From assembly GCA_050273025.1 (NCBI GenBank), contig CP158635.1, positions 15,562,001-15,626,000 of the forward strand: a stretch of DNA of 64,000 bases, written 5' to 3'. The position numbers and the translations under genes are program-made. A model generated the notes under the pieces. It made no database searches. It saw only the letters and a list, made by a program, of their open reading frames with translations, and was not told the origin of the DNA. This DNA comes from Cenococcum geophilum (taxonomy: Eukaryota). Shown one piece after another: positions 51,317-64,000 of this stretch (the first letter of the stretch is position 1; each line of letters starts with the position of its first letter).

Positions 51317-53713
51317 ATAGCGAATCTCTCTAAATTAGAGATAATTAAAATAAACCCTATTAGGGAAGGACTAAATAGCTTTCTTAATTTATTTAACTTA
51401 ACTTATTAGGATCTAGGTATCCCTAGCTCTCTAAACTCGTTACGCCAAATAGGCAATAAAGGTAATTATTAATTTATCCGTTATAGGTTCTCTCTAACAT
51501 ATATAGGGCTTAAAAATCTTATAGTTAACCTTATCCTGGCATTATAGAACCTTCTTGCTACTTAACTACTTCCGTCTAGCGCTAGCTGCGGCACTTTTTA
51601 TAGTAACCTTCTCTAACTCCTCCCTTTAGTTAATTCTAACGACTTTAATATTAAACGGTTTACCCCTCTCCTAAAAATAGTTATTAATTGCGAATTAGAT
51701 AAGGACGTTTGGAGTAATACTATCACTACTATAACAGAGTCCACGCCTCCCCCCTAACCACTACCACTCCACATTTAATAAACCCCACATTTACGCAATA
51801 TAAATAGCTTTACTAACTCGTCCAAATATAGGGAATACGTAAATTATGTTCTAAAGAAGGAGCTAGGCCCTTTTTACGTAGGGATTCCTAGCTTTTATAA
51901 AGTATTCTTTAAGGGAGTAGAAGGTCTTAAAGAGGTAAGCGCCGCCGTTTTTAAGAAATGTAAGGAAGGGAACAATCCACTATACGCTAAGGGCGGCTAG
52001 CGTAACTGGCCTAAAAGCGTAGAGCAAGATAATATCCTAGAGTGGTTTAGTAGCCTAATTAAATTAATTTTAGGCTTTATAGAGGAGCACGGGTCTGCCC
52101 TAAAGACACGATAAACGCTTATTATATACACTAAGCAGCCCTTATAAGGGTTTACAGTAAAGCAAAAACTAAATATTAGTTTTATAGATAATCTAATAGC
52201 TAGCAAAAGCTCTTAATACTATTAGTCGTATATACTTATACTAGGAGAGCTAAAGAGTAATCTAAACTCCGATATACCCTTATAGGCATAGTTTAATTTA
52301 GGGAAATATATAAGAGAAGTCTTCGCCGCTTAAGACACTTATCGCTTTATCTTAGGCTTTACCCTCTATAGATCTATTATATGGCTATAGGAGTATAACC
52401 GGGTAGGAGGCATCGCATTATTACTATTTAATATTAATAAAGACGGACTATAATTTACCTCGGCAATGTTAGGATTTCTCTAAATAAATAAGGAGCAGCT
52501 TAGGTTTAACCCTACTATTCTAATATTAGACGGCAAATAATATATTAAGGTTATGCGCAATAATCAGACCGAGCGTCTTATCCTTAATAAATCTATAAAG
52601 CAGGCACGCTGTATTACTAGTTAAGCAACTACTTACTAAAAAGCACACTATAAGGGGGATACCTCTAAGATACCCCTCGTTATTAAAGACTTATAGCAGT
52701 ACCCGTAGCGCGAAAAAGAAGGTAAACTGCTACGTAAGGTAATAGAGAAAGAAGTAGTTAATATAGCCAGGTACTATTACCACAAGACAGTTTATATAGG
52801 CGGTAAAGAAAATAATATTTATAATAATGTCCGTAAGGGGCTGGATATTATAAGAGCGATAAACTATAAGCTAGAAAACTTAATAATGCCTTTAAAACCG
52901 GCTAGAGTAAAAATTAGAAAAGGCCGAAGTTTTAGTAGAAAGAGGTCGTCCAGCTATACTAACGCCCTATTACCGCCTAGTAAGCGTATATATTTAAGCT
53001 CTCCGCCTAAAGGCGGAAGGCACCCTATAACCCTAAATTGAGTATATTAACGCGTTATTACTAGGGACTATAGAAAGCCTCTTTATAAGGTAAGCTCTTA
53101 GGCTGCAATACTTGCTATACTAAAGGGTAGCATTAAAGGATACGAGTCTTTATATACGCGGGCCGGCATTATTTAATATAACATTTTAATAGGCAACCTT
53201 ATAATAAACAAGGAAGACAATAATCCTTCTTAGCCGGCATTCTTAATCGACTTAAATCTTGCGATTAAGGAGTAGCGAGAAGGGCCTTTAGGAGCGCGGG
53301 GCAAGACTAGTATAAAAGCGTTTATAGCGATTAGAGTACTCCTAGACAAGATATACTTAGCTTAGCATAATCTTAAGTTGTTTTTTTAGGTGCTATTCTA
53401 GATATATATTCACTATAATAGACCTAATAAGAAAGGCAATGTTGTTAATAGGTTTAATAAGTGGAATTTTATAAATACGGAAGAGCTAGCTAAGATAAAG
53501 AAAGGAAAAATAGATAATAAAGGGGATTTTCTTAAGAGTGCAGACAATAACTTTTCACCGTACTATTAGCCACTAATCCCTTAGGTTAATAGATTGCGGA
53601 AGGTAGTATTTCTAGGCAGTAGGAGGCGAAAGGAAAAGGATAAAAAACTTTCTTCTTAAATAAAGGAGGTGCTTTAGGAAGTAAGGAAGGATCTAAAGGT
53701 ACTAGTAGAGTAG
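51317..53713 (+). pseudogene. RIPed fungal-type protein kinase (FunK1 / Pkinase_fungal)
   Basis: De-RIPed GELKSN (~52244), QDTRRFVLGFTL (~52330), VIKDSWQ (~52679), DIS.GNL (~53180), FLIDLDLA (~53240), KTGTKAFMA (~53303), HDLESFFW (~53366). Confidence 0.85.
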
Positions 53714-54559
53714 ATAAAATAATATTTTATTATCTTATACTCTTCCACATATAAGTAAAGTTTTATAAAGATTTAGGTAGTAAAGGCTAGGTAGCAGCCT
53801 TAGTCAAAACGTATGTAAAATAGCGTAGGGCGAGCAAACTGTTCCGTGGTTAATATATTATTCCTACTTATTTATACGCCACTAAATATGCGATTATACC
53901 TAAGTTTACTATAAGTGCACTAATCTCCAATATATGGTGAAAGCTTAGTATATAAAATACTATAAGACCTAAAAAAGATGCCCAATAAATGTGGCTAATA
54001 GATGGTTTCTTTTAGGTAATTGTAAAGAAATATAGTAAAGATACTAGTAAAAACTATAGCAAAAGCCTGGCCAGTTATTGAGATTACTGTATAGTCTTAC
54101 GTAGCTTAAATTTAAACGGGTCAAGTACGGCGTAATATTTAAAAACATTAGGCAGAAAATATAAGAGGGAGGCTTTTTAAAATGGCTTTAGAATCTAGTT
54201 TCCTTATATAGGCATAGGCCTACTCTAGGAATATTTAATACCTTTTATAAGCTTTATTTTTCTATAAGTAGATAAAACATAGCCCTATATAAATCGGGGA
54301 TATAGTAATTCATTAAGCCCTTTTTAATAGAAATTGTGTTATGTCAGGACTACTAGTTATTAAAACCCTAGGTTAAAAGTAATATTTTTTTTAAATATTT
54401 GCCCCTAAGCAAATAAGAACTATAGATTTATAGGCGAACACCGCCGCTTTTAAAGGCCTATGCGTTAACGTCGCCTATAAAAGCATAGTTCCTATCGCCG
54501 TTTTATTTCCAGCTTTAACCACCATTTCTCTCCCACAGCTTTATACCGTCTATACCACC

Positions 54560-56620
54560 TATACCACTAGTTCTTTTTTATTCCTTCTATAGTTTTAGAT
54601 ATCCTTTAATAGTAAAACTACGTATAAACCACACCCCTTTATTTTAATTTAAATACTACTGCTAATAATATAAAAGATATTACCACGCCTTTAACTATAG
54701 CAAGCTTAAACATTCCTTCCTTATAGCAACGTATAATGCTTAAAGGGCTTTACTAAAATCCTTTATGTTAGGTAAGATAGAGCCCTAACTAGCAATATAA
54801 ATTGCCTTATACCTTTTAGCTTAGTATATATTAGTAAGTTAGTCCTTTACAACTAACAGGATTAGGCAATTATATTTTAGGCTACTATAGCTAATTAAGC
54901 CGCCGTTTAACAATCTATAAGGATTAACTTACAGGATCCTTATTACGGTAAGCAACTCTAGCGTTTAGCTCTACGCACCACTATTACGCCAACGCTTTCC
55001 CTACTTAAGATAGTTATGCAGTAAAAAACCTAGGTTAGTAGCGCGATTTAACTCCTAAATTGGACAGCATTATCTTCTAATTACTTTAGCGTCTTAAGTT
55101 ATATACCTATATTAGCGAGCGGAGCTACCTAATATATTATAAGCTATAAGGATAAAGCCTAAGTAAAGTCTCCCTATGGGTATAGCAATTATATAATCTA
55201 GACCTCTTAATAGTAGCACCACTATATAGTATAGGGAGTATTAGGGAGTAAGTATGGACAACCTATTTCCACTATAGACTATAAAATAAAACAGTAAAGT
55301 TTAAGCAACCCCTTAAAGCCATCCTATGCCTAAGGCCGTTGGCTAAATCGCCATAATAGTGCTATAAGGCGCCGAGATAAGAATTTTCTCTTAGGTTGCG
55401 GCAGATCCTATATCTTATTATATTAAGGTAAGCGGGGTTAATAGCTAGTATATTAAGGCTAGAATCTAAACTAGTCTATAAGCTAATAAGCTATAAGATA
55501 GCCAAGTTCCGGTATAATAAAGTCTCTTTAATAGTAGAGTAAGTCCTTAAAGAATCCCAAGGTAGTAGGCTCGATTAGGCAATAATAATTAAGTAGGTAA
55601 TAGACGTATTAGTAATATAGTAATTATACTAGAGAGCTCCGCTTAATACCACTAGGCCTAACTATACAATAATAAAGTGGGCAGTAGGCGCGTTGGTTGC
55701 ATAGCGATCTTTAAAGAGCCCTACCTGCTACCATTAAGTCTAATTATGCGATAATAAAGTGGGCGGTAGGCGAGTTAATCCTATAGCGGTTATACTAGAG
55801 AGCTCCGCTTACTACTACGGATACGGCATCCTTTATTTATATATCGCTAACTTTTAGGTATATAGGCGACCTAATATATAAAGCTAGAAGTATCTATATA
55901 ACTCCAGTTGCTACCTATCTACTACTAGCGCATACCGCACGAATATTAACTTAATAGTAGATCTATAAGCTAGAGCGCTAGGTTTAAGGAATACTTAAGC
56001 TATATAACAGACTATAGTATATAGGATCGAATTTAAACCCAGTATATAGCGCCTTTACCTCTATAATATTTCACTTAGATAACAAATATCGCCACTAATA
56101 TACTTATCTCTAAAGTATAAGTGTTAGTGGCTAGAGGCTATATATAGTATCTAGTAAGTCTATCTACATTAGCAAGCCCTAAAAAGGCGATTTTAAACTG
56201 TTACCCTAAACTATAAGATATAAAGCTTCTACTTTCGCTAGCAGTTTTTAAACATTACCCCCTTGCAGTATATATCTTTTATTTACTAAAATGCACTCTA
56301 TACCAGAGTCTAGGACTATAAGCCCTAATTATATATTTAATACTATAGGTTAGGCCTAAGAACCCTAACCCCTACCCTAACCTATAAACTATATATTAAC
56401 AACTTTATAAAGGCCCTTACGAATATATAAAGCAAAAGTCTTAATTATCCCGCCTTTAATCCCAATAGTAAGACTAATAGTCTTAATTTACCAGAATACA
56501 GTAGCCTAGGGACTATAGTCGGATTTAATAATAACGATCCTCCTAAAATAAAGCGAGAACTATAGTTAAAGAAGTTCGCTAAGCTCAACCCTTTAATCTA
56601 TCCTAAGAAGACAACTTTAC
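54560..56620 (+). pseudogene. Unidentified RIPed, probably intron-containing gene remnant
   Basis: Several GTAAG...CTAAY...AG intron-like signals and stretches of coding-like frame. No family recognised, and boundaries are approximate. Confidence 0.3.
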
Positions 56621-57899
56621 AATACCCAATAAATGCTAAGCTTTATTTATTACCCAATACTCTATCTCCTTAATCTTTAGTAGAGCCAATAATTATATAA
56701 GGATATTTAACTTAGGCCGGAACTATTACCGTTAGGAATTAAATATATAACTAGTACCTCTTACCTATAGAAAACTATCTAACCTTATTACACGGAAGCC
56801 TTTTACCCATATTATCCCAAAAACCGATTTCCTATTTACGCGCATTATCGGGTTCCCATTTACCCGCATCTTCTTAATTATTAGGTTTACCCTAATAAAT
56901 AAAATAAGCGTTTATAAAAAAGGATAACAACAAGCTAATTCTATTAAGGAGCAATAATGTCCGGTAAAAGGATATTACAAAGGAATTCCCAGATTAAACC
57001 TAGGCAAGTTTATAGGTCCACTATTATACTTAATTAACGGAGAAAGTAAAGAAGACTAAGGATACTAAGGGGCCTAATATATCTAATATTAAAGAGGCAA
57101 TACAGTAGTAACCGTTTACAGTTATACCCTAGTATCCGCGAAATAAAATATACCTTTTTTTAACCAACTAATGCTATATCTTAATAACTTGGCTCTATTT
57201 AGTCGCAGGCCTTTAGTAGAGTTATATCTCTTAGCGCTATCTAATTCCTAGCTAAAGTATTTAACTAAAGTACTCTACAAACGATAGAATACTTTAGCGG
57301 TAACTCTACCCGCACTAGCATATTATCCTCTTTTATATTACTGTATATTTAACCGTCCAATCCCTTATATACTATATTAATAGCATTATAAATTAATTAC
57401 TGGCTAATAAAGCACCTCTTTTTAAGTGTAGGTGTGTAGTACTAATATTCGCGGATATGTTCTTTAAGTAGGTCTAGTATCAACGTCTCTAATATAGAGA
57501 GTTGCCGACAATAAGACGTCGTAGGTAAGATAGGGAAGTGTATAGATCTTAGTGAAGTTATTTCTTATATAGAACTTTTAAAAGTTCCTAAGCTATACAG
57601 TAAAAAAAGGACTGGGGCATAGGCTATTTTAAAGGCTACTAGGCAACTTAAGGTGTCTAGTATAAGCTAGGTAAGCGCCTAGGGTAAGCTAAATAAGCGC
57701 CTAGGGTAAGCGCCTAAGGTAAGCTAGGTAAGTATCTAGCGTAAATAAGTAAACTACTAGCTAAGTAAAAGGCAAGCTACGGCTTTATCTAGATTAAACC
57801 CAAGGCGTGTTTCTATAAGTTGTACTTTTAGCTATTTAACACATCTTTAATTAAGTTTATTGTTTGCTTTAGAGATTATATTCCTACTAACTATACTCT

Positions 57900-58500
57900 A
57901 TTTTATTAAAGCACCCAATAACTAGTTAACCTATTTATCTATATTATTCAGTCTCTCCTTAATCTTAAGGACCTTCTTTATTACTACCTCTATCCTACAA
58001 TTATATCGCCTAGCCGTCCACTTAAATATTTCGTGATTAAAATTAAGAATTAATATATTGTAATCTAAATCGCTAACGCTAGTTTTAATATCCTATAGTT
58101 AATACGCGAAATTTTCTAGCTCCTCTTATTATTTATTAATTACCTTATAATAATTAGAATGGATACACCTACTTTACTATTACTCGGCTCTAAGTTGTTA
58201 GACCTGTTTTTTAAGGTCTTCTAAGGTCTTTACTAATGTCTTTTATTGCTGCGCAAATGCTTCCAGCCGCGCCTTATATATATATTGCCACTTCATAAAA
58301 CAATCAGCTAAAGTAGCCCTAGCACCCCTCTTTAGGTACTATTATACGGCTTATATTATATTATAAAGAGGTTTAGAGACTTTTCTAACTTTTCTACCTT
58401 GCTTTATAGGATACAGCTATAACGGCTAGTTAGTTAAGTAGATTTATTAAGATTAGACGCTAGCTTATATAGTAATATACAACATAACTAGTAGAAGGAT
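57900..58500 (-). pseudogene. RIPed coiled-coil protein gene
   Basis: De-RIPed minus frame ...ARLEAFAQQQKTLVKTLEDLKKQVQQLRAE... with heptad character, directly downstream of the pseudokinase. Confidence 0.45.
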
Positions 58501-58639
58501 TATAAAAGTTCTTAATTAATATATAGCTATTAATAATAGGGCTTAGCTATTAAAAAGTGGGAAGAGTGAAAACTTATATATCTTATGCATTAGCAGCTCT
58601 AATACCCCCTATAACATTTTAGGTACGCTAAGTTATATC

Positions 58640-59828
58640 TTAACTAATTCTAGCGTCTATACGCGTTATACTATAACTAACTAATTTAGCGCTGTATCTA
58701 AAGTTAGAATAAGGCTGGAAATATCTTCCACTTCTGCCTTGTTGTCCTTTTAGCTACCTAAACATATAGGATTAGGCACAACGGGCCCGGTAATTTAAGT
58801 AAAAACTCGTCCTACTATACCGTTAAACCTATAATAAGGAATAAAACCCAGAAACTGTACTTCACTAAGAGAAAATAGCGGCTGCGAAGAGGTTCTATTA
58901 AGGAAGTCCTAAGCTATATCTAACTAGCGTTCTGGGTTTTATAGAGTAAGGCTAATTAATTACTACAAAACCATTCTAGGCTCTATTAATTACATTATAA
59001 TACGGCTAATAGCCTTTATATTAACATCCTCCAAATAAAAAGCCGCTTAAAGTATACTTTCACCTATATTTACTACTTAACCGTTAGCTTTTTATTTTAA
59101 GATAACTATTAGATACTTACCAATCTTAATTTCCCCACTCCTTAAAATTAGGAGATTTTAGCAATTTAATAAGCCATAAATAATATAAATGCTATAGATA
59201 AATAGAAGTCCTTAGATTACCTATATTTAAAATTAGAGGCTGGTTTTAAATAGAATAGCTATATTACCTCCTTGCAGACTATAGCAATTTTAAACTCTGC
59301 TAATATTCTAAAAGGGCTGGCCTAAATATCTACTAACAATACGGATAGGCACTCGTATATTAGATATACCATTTCGCCCTCTTTAAATACTTCTAAAATA
59401 TTAACAATATTAGGGTAAGGTAACTTTAAGCATTCTAAACCGTTTACTATCTTATTCGTTACTCTTATCTTAATAACCACAATAGGGAAAGTTGGCTCTA
59501 TTTTAAAGGCAATAACCACAGATCCTACCTAATCTTCTTTAAGCAATTTACGGTAGTAGTTCTACGGACTTCTTAAAACTATAAGGGTCTCTAGTTCCTT
59601 TAATAGTAGAGCGGTTTTTTTACTATTAGCGGTAGATAATAATAAGAAGAGCCCTAAATCTCTATTAACTTTAAGCGGAACATAGAACGGTATACGCTTA
59701 CGCTTATAAATATACTTTCATTTTATAAGTATATTAGGCCAATCCTAATCCTCGTTTATAGTAGGTTTAATCATTTTAGCGTTTTTTTTATATACTAGGA
59801 ATTTAGTAACCCGTCTTTACAAAGACAT
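58640..59828 (-). pseudogene. RIPed protein kinase-like (likely pseudokinase) gene
   Basis: ORF fragment 59322-59519 (IVVIK...PNIVNILEVF...VYLIYECL) followed across introns by VIQGLLFIH...HGSLNC.NLLI...GEIKI. No HRD or DFG motif. Confidence 0.7.
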
Positions 59829-60199
59829 TTTTCTCTTTATTAAAAAATTATACTTTACTATAATGTATATATATGCTTCTTCTAAAAAAAGAATTCTTAA
59901 AATAAAACAAATATTAGAATATTATATAAATTTAAAACAGCTCTTTTAATACTATATATAAGATATCTAAAAATATATTTATTTATTTAGGGATCCAGTT
60001 AAAAGGCCATTAACGTAGTAGAGTATCTATATTATCTCCACTTTAAACAAAATAAGAGATTCGGCGTATCTTATAGGCTATTTTGTTGGGAATTGGATTT
60101 AAGGACTAAGTATTTCCCCCTAGCCTATTTATATCCCCCATAAAGACCAACCCTTTTTTTATCTCCCCTATACCTCCTATACCTATCTACTCAAAACGC

Positions 60200-62470
60200 T
60201 CTCTATTAGCAATAAAAAAATTATACCTAGTATTTACTAAATCCACTAAAGTGGATTTAAATCTTAGAGATAACGCTAAGAATATATAAAGCCTATAATT
60301 CGTATAAAGATATAGAATAATTAACTTTTCCTAAATCATTTCTAAGAACGTAGAGTTATTAGGTAAGGGTATTAGGTTATTCTCGCTTAAGGGTATATTA
60401 GTAGTTAGCCTTTAACTAGCTTTTAACTTAGGGTTCGTTATATTCTCTATATTATAACCTAAGGGGTTCCCTATACTAGGGCCTAAGGCTCCTAAGTTAG
60501 AGCTTAAGGGAGGCTCTAAGTTAGGGTTTAAGAGAGTGCCTAGTGGCCTACTACTTAGTCTTTAGACAAGCGGCTTTAAAGGTTTATTAGGAACCCTAAA
60601 AACAGTATAGAATATATCTCACTTAATATAAAACGTTAAGGTATATTACTTTACCTAAATAGGCTACTAACTATTTATATTTTTAATAAATAAATATTTC
60701 CTATTAGCAATATGGGATTGTTTAAACGGTCGACTATATTAGTATATTTTTGGCTAACGAATGAAGTTATTTATAAGAAATGGGAAACTTATATAAGGAT
60801 AGCGACTTAGTATATCTCTAATTATTTAACAAATCCGCTGTACTTGCTAAAGTATAAGACTCGGCTTAAGCTTAGAGAGAGTTCTAAGGTAAGTTATACT
60901 AAGGAAGTCTTCTACTATATTCTCTATATAATTCGTATATATTAACTAAGTGATCTTATTAGAGCTAAAGCCTAGTCTTCGTGTAAGGAATCCTAGCTAT
61001 TCCTATAATATATCGCATAGCTTAACCTTTAGTTTAGGCTTACCGAGGTCCTTTTGGAGTATTATACTAGTAAGTTAAGGAAAGTATTATATAGCAAAAA
61101 GCTAAATTTATAGGTAGCCAAGCCTAAAGTTTAATTCCTTTAAATTACTTTCTTCTATAGTGTAAACGCTTTCTGCTGTTTATATACTTATTTAGCCTTA
61201 ATTTAATCCCAGGTAGGCTTGTCCCATAGCTATTTATACTATACCTTTAAATTTATTTAGCAGAAGTCTTTTAACCACCTTAAAGCACGGTTTAAAACAT
61301 TTTATATCCTTAAAAAATGTATATAGAGAAGGAATTCGTCCTAGGAAATTCTTTAGGCGCTTTAAGATTCCGCTTCGTACTTAGTAAGAAATAACAGCTA
61401 GGAAGAGTTAACCATCCTTTATAAGATTTTCAATCTCTAATCTATTATATAATAAACCTTAAGGAATAAGAAGCTTAATAAGAAAAACTATACGAGAATC
61501 TAAGAGAGGCATAAGGGCTTTGTTATTGTTAAGTATATATAACCATAAACTATAAATATAGTTAAAATAGTAAATAAGCTCCTATACAATATTAGTTATA
61601 AATTTTAGCCGGCTTTAATTATTATAATTACCTTATTGCATTTTAAAGTAAAAATATAATATAAAGTGCCTAGCTAAAGTGCCGGCTAAAGCCCAATAAG
61701 TAAAAAAAGGTTATTAAATGCATCGCGGAGACGCGGCATTTTTTTAAGCAGTTTTTTAATATCCTTTTTTTTACTTTTAGAAAGCCTAGAAAGCTATTTG
61801 TTTTCTTATATAAGATCTACGTAACGCTAGAAATATTAAAGGTGTTGAAATATATCGCCGTCGCAGAATAGGCGTTTATTTAAATATTCCGTTCAAAGTT
61901 CTAAGATATAACTTAATAAAAGGCCTTTATAGATTAGTTTTAGATTACGTTATTCTATACCTTAGGTTAACTTACTATTAAGATACAACCTTATAACCTA
62001 CTACTTTTCCCTTAGGGTAAGGTAAGCTTTACCTATTTTAATATAATGTTAACTATATAAGCAAACTACTATAGAGTTATTATTAAGCAGTAGTTCTAGC
62101 GGCTCGCTTTAATAGTCTAAAAGATCTACCTATATTAAGTTAGACTTACGTAGACCTTTATTAAGGGTTTTTTAACTAATTAGAGCTAATATATAGTGTT
62201 CTAGCTCTAAGCGGTAGCAGCCTTTTATCTTAAAGATATTAATAAGTCGGAGAACTTTTTCCTAATTAAGGGTCTGAGCTCCTTTAACCTTCTAATACTC
62301 AAACTTTAAAAATAATAAGCGGATCTTTATATCCCTATAAAAATAACTCTATTTCTTATTAAAAAGAGATAAGTTACACTCTAACTTAGAATCTATTGCC
62401 TTTAACTTTAGCCTTTCTAGGTATATTAAAGCATTTTCTAGTTAAAATAGGTTTATTTTATTTTTATTAT
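60200..62470 (-). pseudogene. RIPed DUF3723 gene (Starship auxiliary family)
   Basis: De-RIPed LDQEKVLRLINIFKIEGC.RLEPEH (~62200-62270), VCLHGQH (~62047-62070), FCDGDIF (~61848-61868), GRIPSLYTFFED.K...PC (~61286-61341). Ends are approximate. Confidence 0.75.
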
Positions 62471-62899
62471 AATATATAAATAGCTTTTTTATTTTTTTAT
62501 ATCTGTTATATTATACTATATATAATAATATATACCTTTAGATTAGGGGTTTACCAGTCTCTAGTAAAATATTAGGTTACTAATAACTAATAGGTGGTTT
62601 AAAAATAGTAGAAAAGATTATAAGAAATTAAGAGATCCTAACGCCTATCTATGTCCTATTTATAGCTTATTTCTATCCTTTTACTCTATAATATCTATCT
62701 ACTAGAAGCTTAGTAGAAGTTACCTCCTTCTAAGGATCCTGCTGTTATTAGCCACTTTCTTATAGCTATTCCTGTCCTATCTAGAAATAGAAAAAACGCC
62801 TCTCTTTCTTTCTTTATATAAAATAGTTTTTATAGAGAGAGAGAGGGTCCTAGTTGCCTTTATATCTTCTCTCTCTCTATAAATAGCTTTTTTTGCCTT

Positions 62900-64000
62900 A
62901 AATACTAATATTATTAAAACTATTCTGTTATAAAGCTAATATAAAGATTCCTATAAGAGTATAACGCCTAAACTTAGCTATATTTAAGTACTCTTATATA
63001 CTTACTAAATAAAGTAATAAATTCTTTTCTACTTAATAATTATATCTTATAAAAACCACGCTACGTAGCTATAAGTGGCTAGATCTACTAGCTTTATAAT
63101 TAATAACACTTTTTAGCTAGGCTATATTATTTAAGCCTTACTAAACCCTACTTTATAGACGCTGAGTTTACTTCTATTCCTAAATAAAAGGAGTAAAAAT
63201 ATTGCTTTACGGCAGCTATTTCTATATAATAACTTTAAGAGGCACAGCTCTAAGGGAGTTTTAAATATCTAAATTAATATATTTTTGACAGCGTATAATA
63301 ACCCAATTATCTTTATAAATGGTAATTTTACTAGCGCTGTCCTATCTTACCTAGCGCCTATATCCTACTATAAGAGCACCACTTATATAGTGGCTTGGCA
63401 GCCCCCTAGCGGACAGTTAGTTATTAACGCTATATTTACTTATATTATACTACCTTTTATTACAGTTCTTACCGTATTTATTAATAACTTTAATTCTATT
63501 AAATAAATTCTTACCTTTTTTAAATAATGGGCTAATATTAGTAGTTACGCAGGTGTCCTCCTAAGGACTAGCCTTAGTTTAATTGTTATTTCTTTATAAA
63601 AGAATATAACGAAAGCTAGAGCCGTTTACACAAGTGCTTACACTATAAAGATTTTCTTATAAATTGCCGTGTTTAAGATAGACGGCTTTTTATCTCCTCT
63701 AGCAGGCCATAGGCCTTTAAAGAAGGAAATACTAAGATAAGTTAACGAGATTAGATATCATTTACGGCTTAAATACCAATTATTTACTACGCATTACCTT
63801 AATACGCTCTATTAGGCAGCGCTACTATATATAGCTATAACCGCTATAGAGCCCTTTAATATTATTTAAGTAACTTAAAAGTATTATATATATAAGGATC
63901 TTAGTAGTTATATAAAAACCATTATAAAGCTTAGGAGGGAGGGGAAGATCCTTTATAAAGACGTTACTAAGTTTATCGCATTAAGTATTTTAATAGATGT
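62900..64000 (-). pseudogene. Further RIPed gene remnant upstream of DUF3723, unidentified
   Basis: Coding-like minus frame with RIP-type stops and intron-like signals (CTTAC at ~63511). No family recognised. Confidence 0.3.

Noticed and set aside
56363..56382. CCCTAA telomere-like repeats
   Set aside because: Only two imperfect units, as expected by chance in RIPed sequence.

Overview
Fungal (filamentous ascomycete-like) genomic DNA. About 85% of the window is AT-rich, TpA-enriched, CpA/TpG-depleted sequence typical of repeat-induced point mutation (RIP). It consists of deeply nested dead transposons: two hAT copies, a Copia remnant, three Ty3/gypsy chromovirus families, an ORF1-only non-LTR element, piggyBac, a deleted pogo and solo LTRs. 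Three things stand out. (1) An RIP-free island (~20.7-28.4 kb) holds exactly three intact, spliced genes: a retropepsin-like aspartic protease with its DTG motif, a DUF6594-type membrane protein, and a second retropepsin-like protein whose catalytic motif reads NAD. This could be a protease/membrane-effector/decoy module. (2) An LTR retroelement at the left end carries, just before its PPT and 3' LTR, a long RIPed ORF that de-RIPs to a PhyH-like 2OG-Fe(II) dioxygenase. (3) From ~47.7 kb onward lies a RIP-killed Starship-like region with a DUF3435 tyrosine recombinase captain, a FunK1 kinase, a pseudokinase and DUF3723. All protein family calls come from motifs read and de-RIPed by eye; no searches were run.
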